Shown here piece after piece: positions 10,035 through 19,000 of a DNA stretch of 39,866 nt. The notes under the pieces were generated by a model. The model was given only the letters and a program-made list of their open reading frames with translations. It did no database searches and was not told the origin of the DNA. Origin of the DNA: Acutalibacteraceae bacterium (GTDB taxonomy: Bacteria > Bacillota > Clostridia > Oscillospirales > Acutalibacteraceae); the NCBI GenBank assembly GCA_045586465.1, contig JAZNAI010000253.1, positions 1-39,866 on the forward strand, in the 5' to 3' direction. The position numbers were made by a program, and so were the translations under genes. How positions within the stretch are numbered: the first letter of the stretch is position 1; the number at the start of each line of letters is the position of its first letter.

Positions 10035-11393
10035 TTATTCTGCAGGTACCGTGAATACAATTTCACCTGATTTCTGCGTCTTATGGTAGGCACTTTCTGC
10101 TGTTATTTCAAGAAGGTAATCCTTACCTGTCTCGAGTATTCCTGCAGGAACGTTTATTCCTGAGGTGTTATCTTCATCAATTATGTAATAGTCAGCTACA
10201 AACTGCTCTTTATAAAGCTTTTTTCCCTTTGAATCAGATATTTTCACGGTATAATTCTGAACAACAAAGCCCTCGGCGGCATCAGCCTCGGTAAATTCCA
10301 CTCTGTAGCCTCCGTCCTCATTTGCCGTTGAAGTTACGTTGATTTCTGACGGAAAAACGGGAGCAGTATCGTGAGCCTTAAGATTCTTATAGGTATAAGC
10401 GAAGGTGCTTCTGTCGTTAACGTTTTCAATGAAATAATCACAGAAGAAGGTACCTGAAATCACATCGTAGCCTCTGATTCTCACACGTCCCGTGCTGTCT
10501 GCTTCAATAACCGCAAACTGTATTGCATCCTCATAGCCTTCGGGATGCTGACCTACCACATAGTTTTTGTCAAGCTCAAATCTTGCCATAGCACCGACAC
10601 CGACAGATGTATAGACGGACTGATTTATGCTTCTGGGGTCATTCATGGGGAAATGTGAGTGTCCCGAGAAATCAACAACCTTGCTGTGCCCTGCAAAAGC
10701 GGTATTAATCTGAGGATTGCACCATATAGTACTGCCGTAAACGGTACCGAAGGGATGGGGATGCTGAAAAACAAATATCGGTCTATCACCTGCTTTTTCC
10801 TCAGCTTTTTCAACTTCACTACTGAGCCATTTTACGCTTTCGGGAGAAACAGTCCACTCAGTAAGCCATCTTTCACCGGAGAAGGCAATACAGGTAAAGC
10901 CATTAATTTCTGTTACGGTATTAACGTCGTGCTCAAAGTGTTTTACAAAATACTCCGGGGCTTCAGCGGTCTTCATTTCGTGGTTACCCAGCACATTTAT
11001 CATAATTGTATCTTCCCTGACACATTCGTCGAGAGCCTTTTTGTATTCAATAAAGTCATTTTCTCCGCCGACTGATGTAAAATCACCAAGCCCGAAGAAA
11101 GCATCGACTCCGTAATACTGTCCGTCATCTTCAAAAAGTGCATAAGCGGCATTTATTGCCTGCTTCACATTTTCGTTTTCATTGTGTGTATCGGTAAACG
11201 CAACAATTCTGACCTCGGGCACAAAATCATCGGGAACTACGGGAAGAGCTTCCGTAACCTCACCTCTTGACATCTGCACAAGAGACCAGGCGAGAGTTAC
11301 GGCGCAAAGCAAAGCAGCCAAACCTATAATGCCTCCGAGAATACCGAAGATAGCTTTAATTACAGTTTTCACAATTTTTATAATCTTTTTCAT
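10035..11393 (-). CDS. Membrane-anchored calcineurin-like metallophosphoesterase with C-terminal Ig/FN3-like domain
   Basis: N-in signal anchor. Phosphoesterase motifs 'VAFTDTHNE', 'GLGDF', 'GNHE', 'VFQHPHP', 'GHSHF'. Beta-rich C-terminal roughly 130 aa. Confidence 0.7.
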   Translation of the reverse strand: MKKIIKIVKTVIKAIFGILGGIIGLAALLCAVTLAWSLVQMSRGEVTEALPVVPDDFVPEVRIVAFTDTHNENENVKQAINAAYALFEDDGQYYGVDAFFGLGDFTSVGGENDFIEYKKALDECVREDTIMINVLGNHEMKTAEAPEYFVKHFEHDVNTVTEINGFTCIAFSGERWLTEWTVSPESVKWLSSEVEKAEEKAGDRPIFVFQHPHPFGTVYGSTIWCNPQINTAFAGHSKVVDFSGHSHFPMNDPRSINQSVYTSVGVGAMARFELDKNYVVGQHPEGYEDAIQFAVIEADSTGRVRIRGYDVISGTFFCDYFIENVNDRSTFAYTYKNLKAHDTAPVFPSEINVTSTANEDGGYRVEFTEADAAEGFVVQNYTVKISDSKGKKLYKEQFVADYYIIDEDNTSGINVPAGILETGKDYLLEITAESAYHKTQKSGEIVFTVPAE

Positions 11394-11417
11394 AATAGCA
11401 ACCCCACTGTTTATATG

Positions 11418-12545
11418 TCAATCTGTAAAAACTTCTTTTATTGCTTCAAGATATCCGTAGCCGTAAAGATCATCAGGCTGAAGATAACTGGTTTCAGTCC
11501 ACTCATTCCAGCTGTTGACTGTAATCAGCGGTGCCTTCATAATGCCTTTTTTTATTGACTTATCGGCAAACGCTTTTACTGCCTCGCAGGCTGCCTTAAA
11601 GTTTTCGGGGGTATTATTTTCAACAACACCCTCCATAAAATTATAAAATCTTACGTTATTATCCCATCCTACGGAGATATTGGGATAGAAGGGTACAGAA
11701 AGCTTCGCCGATGCCTCTTCCGTTATTTCAATATATTTTTTTGTAAGCTCCTTGTATTCCCCATCAAAATAAACACTGCCGCCCCAGTTGTAATTGGTTA
11801 CGGAGTCAATACCGAGATAGCTGTAAACGTCATATATGTGCTTTCCCTTATTGATATCACCGTCAGAAAGCCAATCACAGCGACGGTCTCCCCAGTAGAC
11901 AACCTGAAAATGAAGTCCGGGGAAGCCTGCTTCTACAGTCTTTTTTCTGAATAATTCAAGTCCGTCTTTACACTTTTCTGTTGTGCCGAAGGTACGGATA
12001 AAATTATCAAAATCAAATATCATATATACGGGACAGCCGTCAATTGTGTAATAGTTTTCTTTCTTAAAATATTTTTCAATTGTACTGTCGCATATATTTT
12101 CAAAGATTTCGGGAGTTACAACACCGCTCCAGATAACAGTATCAAGATCCCTGTCAGAATTTCTCTTATCCCACAGATGTGTGGCATTGTGATTTGCCCA
12201 CATAAGATAAAATTTCATATCCTTATTATTCCGTGCCTTAAGGAAGCCGTCGTTAAGGCAGTTTTCAAGGAAGGGACGGTTATCATACCAGTACCAGTCA
12301 TAAATAAAAACGTTTACACCGTAAGATACGGCACAGTCAATCTGCATTTCCATAACACGGCTGTCTGCTTCGTTCACATAACCCCACGTGGGAATTCTCG
12401 GCCAGCGGCAGCCCTTATAGCCCTTATCGGTCATTGCCTTCACGGTCTGCCATTCACCGTAGCCCTCGGGCCAGAAAATACGGGAACGGGGCTCATCACC
12501 CGTATATGACGGCCAGATAAATGCTGCTATATCATATTTGCCCAT
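11418..12545 (-). CDS. GH99-like / WbsX-family (PF14307-type) glycoside hydrolase-like protein
   Basis: 'IAAFIWPSYTGDEPRSRIFWPEGYGEWQTV' and 'YGVNVFIYDWYWYDNRPFLE' mirror the 'AFYxPQFH...WW..GFTEW' and 'GFxxYHYWF' pattern of the WbsX/GH99-like family. GGAGG RBS. Confidence 0.55.
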   Translation of the reverse strand: MGKYDIAAFIWPSYTGDEPRSRIFWPEGYGEWQTVKAMTDKGYKGCRWPRIPTWGYVNEADSRVMEMQIDCAVSYGVNVFIYDWYWYDNRPFLENCLNDGFLKARNNKDMKFYLMWANHNATHLWDKRNSDRDLDTVIWSGVVTPEIFENICDSTIEKYFKKENYYTIDGCPVYMIFDFDNFIRTFGTTEKCKDGLELFRKKTVEAGFPGLHFQVVYWGDRRCDWLSDGDINKGKHIYDVYSYLGIDSVTNYNWGGSVYFDGEYKELTKKYIEITEEASAKLSVPFYPNISVGWDNNVRFYNFMEGVVENNTPENFKAACEAVKAFADKSIKKGIMKAPLITVNSWNEWTETSYLQPDDLYGYGYLEAIKEVFTD

Positions 12546-12645
12546 AATTTTTCCTCCGTTATTTTATAGTTAAAATATATCACACAAAAAAGTATATAAC
12601 AAGTATATTTCTGATGATTTACATACAATTTCACTAATTTTGAGG

Positions 12646-12674
12646 TTGTTATAATTAATTTTTTATGCTAAAAT
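12646..12674 (+). promoter_or_regulatory. Candidate sigma-70-type promoter for traX-family gene
   Basis: TTGTTA (12646-12651), 17-nt spacer, TG-extended TAAAAT (12669-12674), about 30 nt upstream of the AAAAGGAG RBS. Confidence 0.4.
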
Positions 12675-12705
12675 ACAACCGAGAGAATAAAAAAGGAGTA
12701 CAAAA

Positions 12706-13485
12706 ATGAAAGAACTTGTCAAGCGCTTACCGAAAAACAGTCCCCTCGGGAATAAAATTCCCTTTGGGGGAATCACTTCAAATATACTGAAGCTGATTGC
12801 CGTCATTTTAATGCTCAGCGACCACATATGGGCAACGGCTATGAGCTTCGGTGACTGGATGACATATATCGGCAGAATGGCATTTCCCATATTCGCTTTT
12901 CTTATTGCAGAGGGCTTCGTTCACACCTCGAATTTCAAAAAATATGTAATACGACTTTTAGGCTTTGCGGTTATTACGGAAATACCCTTCAATCTCTTCT
13001 ACAGCAGCCGTTTCTTCAATCCATACCATCAGAACGTGCTTTTCACACTGCTTCTCGGTCTTCTTGCAATATATGTAATTGATAATCTTAAAAAGAATCA
13101 TAGTGCAAAAAACATCGGACTTTCAGTGCTGTGGTTAGTTCTCATCTCAATTGCAGCAACAATCGGATTTGTCGATTACGGCTTCCTCGGAATGATAACT
13201 GTCGTAATGTTCTACCTGTTAAGAGACTTCCCCTTCGCCTGGTTTTGTCAGCTTATTGCGATGGTACTTATAAACATCGTATTCTTTGAGGGACTTGTTG
13301 TTCCCGTTGAAATTTTCGGACATACCTTTGAAATTCCCACTCAGGGCTATGCGGTATTCTCACTTATTCCCATATGGCTTTACAGCGGCAGAAAGGGACG
13401 TTCCCATAAGGCATTACAGTACGGCTTTTATGCCTTCTATCCCGTACATATGCTCATACTCTATCTCATTAAATACTTTGCATAA
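12706..13485 (+). CDS. TraX-family membrane protein
   Basis: 'LKLIAVILMLSDHIWA...GRMAFPIFAFLIAEGFVHTSNFKKY' is the characteristic TraX N-terminal signature. Polytopic. Confidence 0.7.
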   Translation: MKELVKRLPKNSPLGNKIPFGGITSNILKLIAVILMLSDHIWATAMSFGDWMTYIGRMAFPIFAFLIAEGFVHTSNFKKYVIRLLGFAVITEIPFNLFYSSRFFNPYHQNVLFTLLLGLLAIYVIDNLKKNHSAKNIGLSVLWLVLISIAATIGFVDYGFLGMITVVMFYLLRDFPFAWFCQLIAMVLINIVFFEGLVVPVEIFGHTFEIPTQGYAVFSLIPIWLYSGRKGRSHKALQYGFYAFYPVHMLILYLIKYFA

Positions 13486-13527
13486 AATTTTCCCGCTGTC
13501 GGATGTCTTTCCGAGAGCGGGATTTAA

Positions 13528-14112
13528 TTATATTTTCTTTTTCATAAGACCGTGTCTGTTACAGTAAATATACAGATATCCTCTGCCTCTCAGCGAAAAA
13601 CGGGTTTCGGCATTTCCCTCGGGATAAAATTTTTGAAACTGAATTCTGTCGGTTGTGATATGTGCAATAAATGAAATAAAATGTGTTTTTGTCATATCAT
13701 GGCTTACGGTAACAAAATACTCATCTTCAACCTTTTCAATTGCTATTTTATGCTCTTCGTCCGTTTCCTCTGCTTCAAGGGGCGGAAGAGTTATTCCGCA
13801 GCAGCTCACAAAAGCTTCTCCCGTTGCACTTATAACATTTCCGCAGACAGGGCAGACATAGAAGCTTGAACGAAGCATATTTGAAGAAGTATTTTTATTT
13901 ATTACCGTATCTCCCGACATCAGCTCCATAACCGAAACACCGAGAGCTTTTGCAAGCGGTTCAATAAGACATATATCCGGAAGCCCCTTTGCCGTCTCCC
14001 ATTTTGATACAGCCTTACAGCTGACACCTATCATATCAGCCAACTGTACTTGTGTAATTCCCTTTTTTTCTCTTAAACGTTTTATTGCAGCACCTGTAAT
14101 ATAATTGTCCAT
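13528..14112 (-). CDS. XRE-family HTH regulator fused to a complete desulfoferrodoxin (Dx + superoxide-reductase) module
   Basis: N-terminal 'IKRLREKKGITQVQLADMIGVSCKAVSKWETAKGLP' is an XRE HTH. It is followed by the desulforedoxin Cys set 'CPVCGN...SCCG' and SOR centre-II ligands 'EEHK', 'SHDMTKTH', 'YCNRHG', comparable to 'EKHVP','AHPMEEKHW','YCNLHG' of Dfx. Confidence 0.75.
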   Translation of the reverse strand: MDNYITGAAIKRLREKKGITQVQLADMIGVSCKAVSKWETAKGLPDICLIEPLAKALGVSVMELMSGDTVINKNTSSNMLRSSFYVCPVCGNVISATGEAFVSCCGITLPPLEAEETDEEHKIAIEKVEDEYFVTVSHDMTKTHFISFIAHITTDRIQFQKFYPEGNAETRFSLRGRGYLYIYCNRHGLMKKKI

Positions 14113-14194
14113 ACAACACTATCCTTTCTGCATTTATCTTACATTACATTGAAGGATACTGCAACCTACGGAGCGTGGAAGCATTTTCTGTTAC

Positions 14195-14230
14195 ATAAAA
14201 ATGTGACTGCAGATTTTTCCGCTGTCACAT
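14195..14230 (-). terminator. Possible intrinsic terminator ending the 8-gene operon (may overlap regulatory DNA of the HTH-SOR gene)
   Basis: 7-bp stem atgtgac (14201-14207) / gtcacat (14224-14230) with a long 16-nt loop. On the minus strand it is followed by TTTTTAT. Confidence 0.35.
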
Positions 14231-14238
14231 TACATTTT

Positions 14239-15117
14239 TTATACCGCTTTCCATAAAAGCATATTATCTTCAATAACAAAATCTGCCCTGCCGTTATTTT
14301 TAAGATAGGTAAGATATGATCGGACTGTGCTTCCCACAAGAACATACTGCTGAGCTGAAAGCTTGAGACCATACTCGTCAAAAAGCAATTTAAGCAGCTC
14401 GTCGAAGCATACAGGAGAAGCGATCAGCTCACAGATTTTATCTGCAATTTCCGCTGTGCAGTCAATATTATACTGCACAATATCTTCTATATCCTCAGAT
14501 GCTTCAGCATGCGACGGGACGAAATATCTTGCGTTGATGCCTTTAAGCTGCTCCAGCGTCTCAAGATACTCTCCCACATCGTAAAGAAAGCCTATGCGGT
14601 ACTTATTAAGAGTTTCTTCAGATGAAAAGCTATCAGCAAGAAAGACAACGTCGTCAGGTGTTCTTATTCCTGCCATATCAAAAAAATGTCCCTTAAGACT
14701 TAAAATTTCAAAGCCGGCGGGCAATACGTCGGGTGTAAGCACTTCGGCACTACACTCCTGTGCCATTAAAAACTTATGACGCAGATCCGAGAAGGGGTTA
14801 CCGCCCCAAAGAAAAGCAGGCTCAAAAACGGGAGAATTTATAAATGCACACTCACGCCCGGGAGCATAAATTTTACAGCCCGTGCGCTCCTGCAAAAACC
14901 TGTTTCCGCCCGTATGGTCTGCATGTGAATGAGTATTTATTATAAATTTAAGCTTCCACCCGTTTGCATCAAGAATTTTCAGTACCCTTTTTCCCGTATC
15001 CTTATCATTTCCGCTATCTATAAGAAAAACGTCTCTTTCCGAAAGCTTAACAATTCCTATTTTTGCGGGACACTGTATATAATAGCAATTATCAGTTATC
15101 TTAATCAGCTCGTACAT
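14239..15117 (-). CDS. MBL-fold metallo-hydrolase
   Basis: 'FIINTHSHADHTGGN' (HxHxDH). The start overlaps the stop of the upstream 712-aa gene by 17 nt. Confidence 0.75.
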   Translation of the reverse strand: MYELIKITDNCYYIQCPAKIGIVKLSERDVFLIDSGNDKDTGKRVLKILDANGWKLKFIINTHSHADHTGGNRFLQERTGCKIYAPGRECAFINSPVFEPAFLWGGNPFSDLRHKFLMAQECSAEVLTPDVLPAGFEILSLKGHFFDMAGIRTPDDVVFLADSFSSEETLNKYRIGFLYDVGEYLETLEQLKGINARYFVPSHAEASEDIEDIVQYNIDCTAEIADKICELIASPVCFDELLKLLFDEYGLKLSAQQYVLVGSTVRSYLTYLKNNGRADFVIEDNMLLWKAV

Positions 15118-17239
15118 CTTCTTCTCCTCGGAACTCTTTTCTCAGATTATGATTATAATCAAGAATAAGACCGGTATTTACGCCGTTAACAACTATTTTC
15201 TCTGCTTTTCGGGGTGAACGGCAGAATATGCTGTCATAACGGTCAAATTCGGTATTCTGTTTTTCTCCGTTAACGGTGAATTCTCCGTCAAAAGAAGCAA
15301 AAAGAGCACCGTCCGCAGTTTCATAATAAACACTTCCGTTTTCTGAAAAACGGATTTTATTTTTCATTATTCTTTCTCTGAACTCACTGAAGCTTTCTGC
15401 TTCTTCATCGGAAAGCTCCGTAATATAAGTATGATAATTTCCTCCCTTGCGGATTAAATCAAATTCACCGGAAGGAATAAACTCTTCAGGAAAGCTTTTG
15501 TTTTTCAAAAGCCCCTTCAGACTCTTTTCATCAAAAGGAAGAAATTCCTGTTCGCCATCAGCAATAAAAGCAACAAATACGCCGTTTTTTCTTGCAAAAA
15601 CAACATTTTCAGATAGTATAAATTCATCATAAAAACACTTCGGCATATAAGCGTGGGTAATGTCTGTTATACCCGTTTCGCCGAGCCTTGATTTTTCGGG
15701 GAGCTTATATATTGTGATATTGATATTTTTATGCTGAACACTAAAAGGCCGTCTTCCGTTTCCTATCCAATAGCCGGGTGATGACCCGTATCTGCCCTTT
15801 CCGTTTCCTGCAGGATGAGTTGTAAAAAGGGTAAGATTCTCACCTAAGTCGGCAGTCCATACGTGCTCCTGCGCACCGCACATACCGACTGAGTTATTCA
15901 CAGCAGTTGACAGCATATAACGAGCAGTGCGGTAAGCATAAACGTTACCTCTTCCCGTTGCAATACCGTGAGGCATTATATTGTGCTTTCGGGCAAATTT
16001 TCTCCAATTAACAAATCTTAATACCGTGATATTCAAAAACTTAAAATATCCGATAAAGGAATTTCGGTAAAGCTTATTTTCTTTCACGTATGCGAGAGTA
16101 CTTTCAATTGCCTCAGGATTTGTAAAGGTCTCGGCACCCCATTGTGCCATAATGCCCTCGGGATTTTTCCCGATAAATCCTTCATTTTCCATATCACGGG
16201 AAGAAAGTCCGCAGCTCATTTTTGAAACAAAGCTCTCTTTATAAAGCGCAATATCCTTTATAGCCTCGGGGAACGTGTAAATTCCCTTTTTTACAATATC
16301 TGTAAAGCATATAAGAATGTGACCGGGCTGTTTTTCACAAGAAATCCGCACAAGTGCCTTTTCCGTCTCGGATAAACGGGAGTTATTCAGCAGGTTCTCT
16401 GCAATCTCTCTGCCCCATAGAACATTCATAGCGCTCTGTATACTGTTGCCGTAGTAATTACCTGCTTTATTATTACCGTACATCCGGGAGCTTACGGCAA
16501 CAAAACGGTTATTTACGGAATTTAATGCCACGTCAAGCCACAGAATATCCATAATCATTTTCATTCTGTTCACCGATTCTTCATTACGGCAGTAAGCAAT
16601 GTAATTTGCCATAGGAGAAATATCCTCAGCAAGATAATTGTTGCTGAGATATTCAGAAAAGCCGTAAAGGAATCTGTGGCGCATCCATATTTCAATGCGC
16701 TCTTCTGCCTTTTTGCGGTGCTCTTCACCTGTCATCCCGTTATTGGTAAATTTTTCTTTTGGCCATTCCTGCCCTGCCAGATATTCTGCGACAGCAAACA
16801 TAATCTGATGGTTTTCAGACCAGTAACACATACTGTCATCCCCCGGCTCATCCATAAAGTACTTGAAGCCGAGGAAGGTGTTTTTTATAAGCTCACGGCA
16901 TCTGCTGCTTAATTTTTCACCGCAGTCCTTATATATCTTAAACAGAAGCTGAGCCCTGAAATCCGCACAGTCAAAGCGTTTTTCCATATAACTGCAGTGA
17001 CGAAGGAGCATTTCATACGTATCGCTCTCCGAAAAGAAGGGAGCAGTATCATCTCCCGAAAGAAACATATAAAGCTCCTCAAATTTTCTTCCGTCCGGCA
17101 ACGAGGAATAATATCCGCTCTCGCCTTTATCGGGAAGCTCCTTTGCGGGCTTTTTCAGTATCAATATTGTAATTTCGGCAACCGTCAGAAGAATTATAAT
17201 GCCGACGATACCGAGAATGATATACAGAATAATATCCAT
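15101..17239 (-). CDS. Uncharacterised 712-aa protein with a single N-terminal TM helix (family not recognised)
   Basis: Long uninterrupted ORF with an ACGGAG RBS. The N-terminal helix 'IILYIILGIVGIIILLTVAEITILIL' is followed by KK. Notable segment 'MCYWSENHQIMFAVAEYLAGQEWP...GFSEYLSNNY'. Confidence 0.6.
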   Translation of the reverse strand: MDIILYIILGIVGIIILLTVAEITILILKKPAKELPDKGESGYYSSLPDGRKFEELYMFLSGDDTAPFFSESDTYEMLLRHCSYMEKRFDCADFRAQLLFKIYKDCGEKLSSRCRELIKNTFLGFKYFMDEPGDDSMCYWSENHQIMFAVAEYLAGQEWPKEKFTNNGMTGEEHRKKAEERIEIWMRHRFLYGFSEYLSNNYLAEDISPMANYIAYCRNEESVNRMKMIMDILWLDVALNSVNNRFVAVSSRMYGNNKAGNYYGNSIQSAMNVLWGREIAENLLNNSRLSETEKALVRISCEKQPGHILICFTDIVKKGIYTFPEAIKDIALYKESFVSKMSCGLSSRDMENEGFIGKNPEGIMAQWGAETFTNPEAIESTLAYVKENKLYRNSFIGYFKFLNITVLRFVNWRKFARKHNIMPHGIATGRGNVYAYRTARYMLSTAVNNSVGMCGAQEHVWTADLGENLTLFTTHPAGNGKGRYGSSPGYWIGNGRRPFSVQHKNINITIYKLPEKSRLGETGITDITHAYMPKCFYDEFILSENVVFARKNGVFVAFIADGEQEFLPFDEKSLKGLLKNKSFPEEFIPSGEFDLIRKGGNYHTYITELSDEEAESFSEFRERIMKNKIRFSENGSVYYETADGALFASFDGEFTVNGEKQNTEFDRYDSIFCRSPRKAEKIVVNGVNTGLILDYNHNLRKEFRGEEDVRAD

Positions 17240-17270
17240 TAAAATTACTCCGTTTATTTATTTTCTTTAT

Positions 17271-18074
17271 TCATTTCCCTTGTACGGCAAGACGTATGCT
17301 CCAGCCGTTTTCATCCAATAGCTCTTCAGCCATTTCTTCATCACATCCGAGAATCTCCGTAACAATTCCTATCATTCTTTTTCTCAGCTTTTTGTTGGTA
17401 GGCTTCAGGTTAATCATAAGATTTTCATACACACAGCCGCACTTTACCATAGATACGGTAGAAATCATATTAAGAATGATTTTCTGTGCTGTGCCTGCCT
17501 TCATTCTCGTTGAACCCGTAATTACCTCGGGTCCTGTATCAGCACAGATATCAACATCCGCCACCCTTCCAAGCTCCGTATCGGGATTGTTTGTAATTGA
17601 AAAAGCCGCCGCACCTATGCTTTTTGCGTAATTTACAGCCGAAATAACGTAAGCCGCAGAGCCTGAGGCGGAAATACCTATCAGTACGTCTTTACAGCAA
17701 AAATCACGTTTTTTAAGGTCAAAAATGCCGTTTTCAGCATTGTCCTCTGCATTTTCTGCGGCCTTGAACATACAATTTTCACCGCCTGCAATTATGCCGT
17801 TAAATAAATCGTAAGGCACACCAAAGGTGGGAGGACATTCTGCGGCATCACACACGGCAAGTCTGCCCGAGGTTCCGCTTCCTACATAGAAAACTCTGCC
17901 GCCCTTACTGATTGCTTCAGTTACTGCGTCACAGACAGCGGCAATCTCAGGCAATGCCTTTTCAACGGCAAGGGTAACCTTGGCATTTTCGTTATTTATT
18001 ATACCGAGCATTTCTTCCGTGCTCATTTTATCGATACTGCAGGTATCGGGATTTCTTTTTTCCGTATTTAACAT
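17271..18074 (-). CDS. murQ: N-acetylmuramic acid 6-phosphate etherase
   Basis: Near-colinear with E. coli MurQ from memory: 'EKRNP...ID.MST.EM...IN.E...V..AV...LP.IA', 'GSGTSGRL', 'AECPPTFGV', 'ITGSTRMKAGTAQK..LNM'. About 30 aa shorter at the C-terminus than enterobacterial MurQ. Confidence 0.85.
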   Translation of the reverse strand: MLNTEKRNPDTCSIDKMSTEEMLGIINNENAKVTLAVEKALPEIAAVCDAVTEAISKGGRVFYVGSGTSGRLAVCDAAECPPTFGVPYDLFNGIIAGGENCMFKAAENAEDNAENGIFDLKKRDFCCKDVLIGISASGSAAYVISAVNYAKSIGAAAFSITNNPDTELGRVADVDICADTGPEVITGSTRMKAGTAQKIILNMISTVSMVKCGCVYENLMINLKPTNKKLRKRMIGIVTEILGCDEEMAEELLDENGWSIRLAVQGK

Positions 18075-18976
18075 AATTTTTCTCCCGTAAGCTTTTGTGC
18101 CTTTGAAACCGCCGCCCTTACCATTGGCTCAGGGTTAAAGGCAAGGGACACGTCATCGGCAAGATATTTTTTTATAAACGGCAAAAGAATATCCTGCTGT
18201 TTTGCAAGACCTCCGCAGATAGCTGCGTTTTTTTCGGTAAGCCCGGAAAGCTTAAAAGCACCGTTTATTATGTCGGCAATTTCCCTTGCATTTCTCTCAA
18301 TTATTTCGGCGGCTTTTCTGTCACCAAGGCTATATGCATCAAAAACAACAGGAGCAAAAGCTGCAATATAGGACGGGCCGCCCTTATATATCTCACATAC
18401 ACCCTCTTCTATAGCTTTCCCCAGTCTTTTTTCCACAAGCTTCAATATTGCTTCACTGCCGCCTCTTCCGTCAAGAAAGCTGAAGGCAGAGTTTAATGCA
18501 TCGGAGCCGAAATGAAATCCGCTGCCGCCCTTGTCAATCAGATACCCTCTTCCTCCTGTGCGGAAAAGCTTTTCACCGTTTCTTGCAACAGCAACAATGC
18601 CCGTACCTGCAATTACGGCAACACCGTTTTTACCGTTAAACCCGAGTTGGAGTGCAAGCTCAATGTCACTTCCGCAAGAAAACCGTGAAAAGCCGAAGTC
18701 TGAAAGATAATCGGTTATCAGCTTTTCATTGTCCCCTGCTTTAGCCCCTGCAATACCGGCATATACAGAGATTTCAGAATAATTAATACCTTCACAGCTT
18801 CTCTTTATCCCTTCTGAAAGCACATTGCAGGAATTCACAATTCCCGTATTAACGGGATTAGAACAGCCGAGAATAATTCTCTGTATTTCCTGACCGAGTA
18901 TATCCGTCAGGAGAAATTCTGTTTTCGTTCCGCCTCCGTCAATACCGAGAAGGTATTTCACTTCATTTTTTATCAT
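18068..18976 (-). CDS. murK: BadF/BadG/BcrA/BcrD-type ATPase, MurK-like MurNAc/GlcNAc kinase
   Basis: 'LGIDGGGTKTEFLL' phosphate-1 motif and 'VIAGTGIVA' phosphate-2 motif. It overlaps murQ by 7 nt, the arrangement described for Clostridium acetobutylicum MurK-MurQ. Confidence 0.65.
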   Translation of the reverse strand: MIKNEVKYLLGIDGGGTKTEFLLTDILGQEIQRIILGCSNPVNTGIVNSCNVLSEGIKRSCEGINYSEISVYAGIAGAKAGDNEKLITDYLSDFGFSRFSCGSDIELALQLGFNGKNGVAVIAGTGIVAVARNGEKLFRTGGRGYLIDKGGSGFHFGSDALNSAFSFLDGRGGSEAILKLVEKRLGKAIEEGVCEIYKGGPSYIAAFAPVVFDAYSLGDRKAAEIIERNAREIADIINGAFKLSGLTEKNAAICGGLAKQQDILLPFIKKYLADDVSLAFNPEPMVRAAVSKAQKLTGEKLC

Positions 18977-19000
18977 TTCTTTTCCCCGTTTTCAGTAAAG

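Noticed and set aside
9998-10093. 32-codon N-terminal extension of the Ntn-hydrolase ORF. The extensions at 30208-30348 (NusG_II) and 23001-23207 (small ORF) are analogous.
   Set aside because: The extensions overlap the 3' ends of upstream genes and lack an RBS. The internal ATGs have good Shine-Dalgarno sequences and yield proper signal anchors.
17271-18074. MurQ being a truncated pseudogene (267 aa versus about 298 aa)
   Set aside because: All SIS-domain and catalytic-region motifs are intact. The ORF ends at a natural stop only 31 nt before the next gene, so there is no room for a frameshifted remainder. It is more likely a naturally shorter C-terminus.
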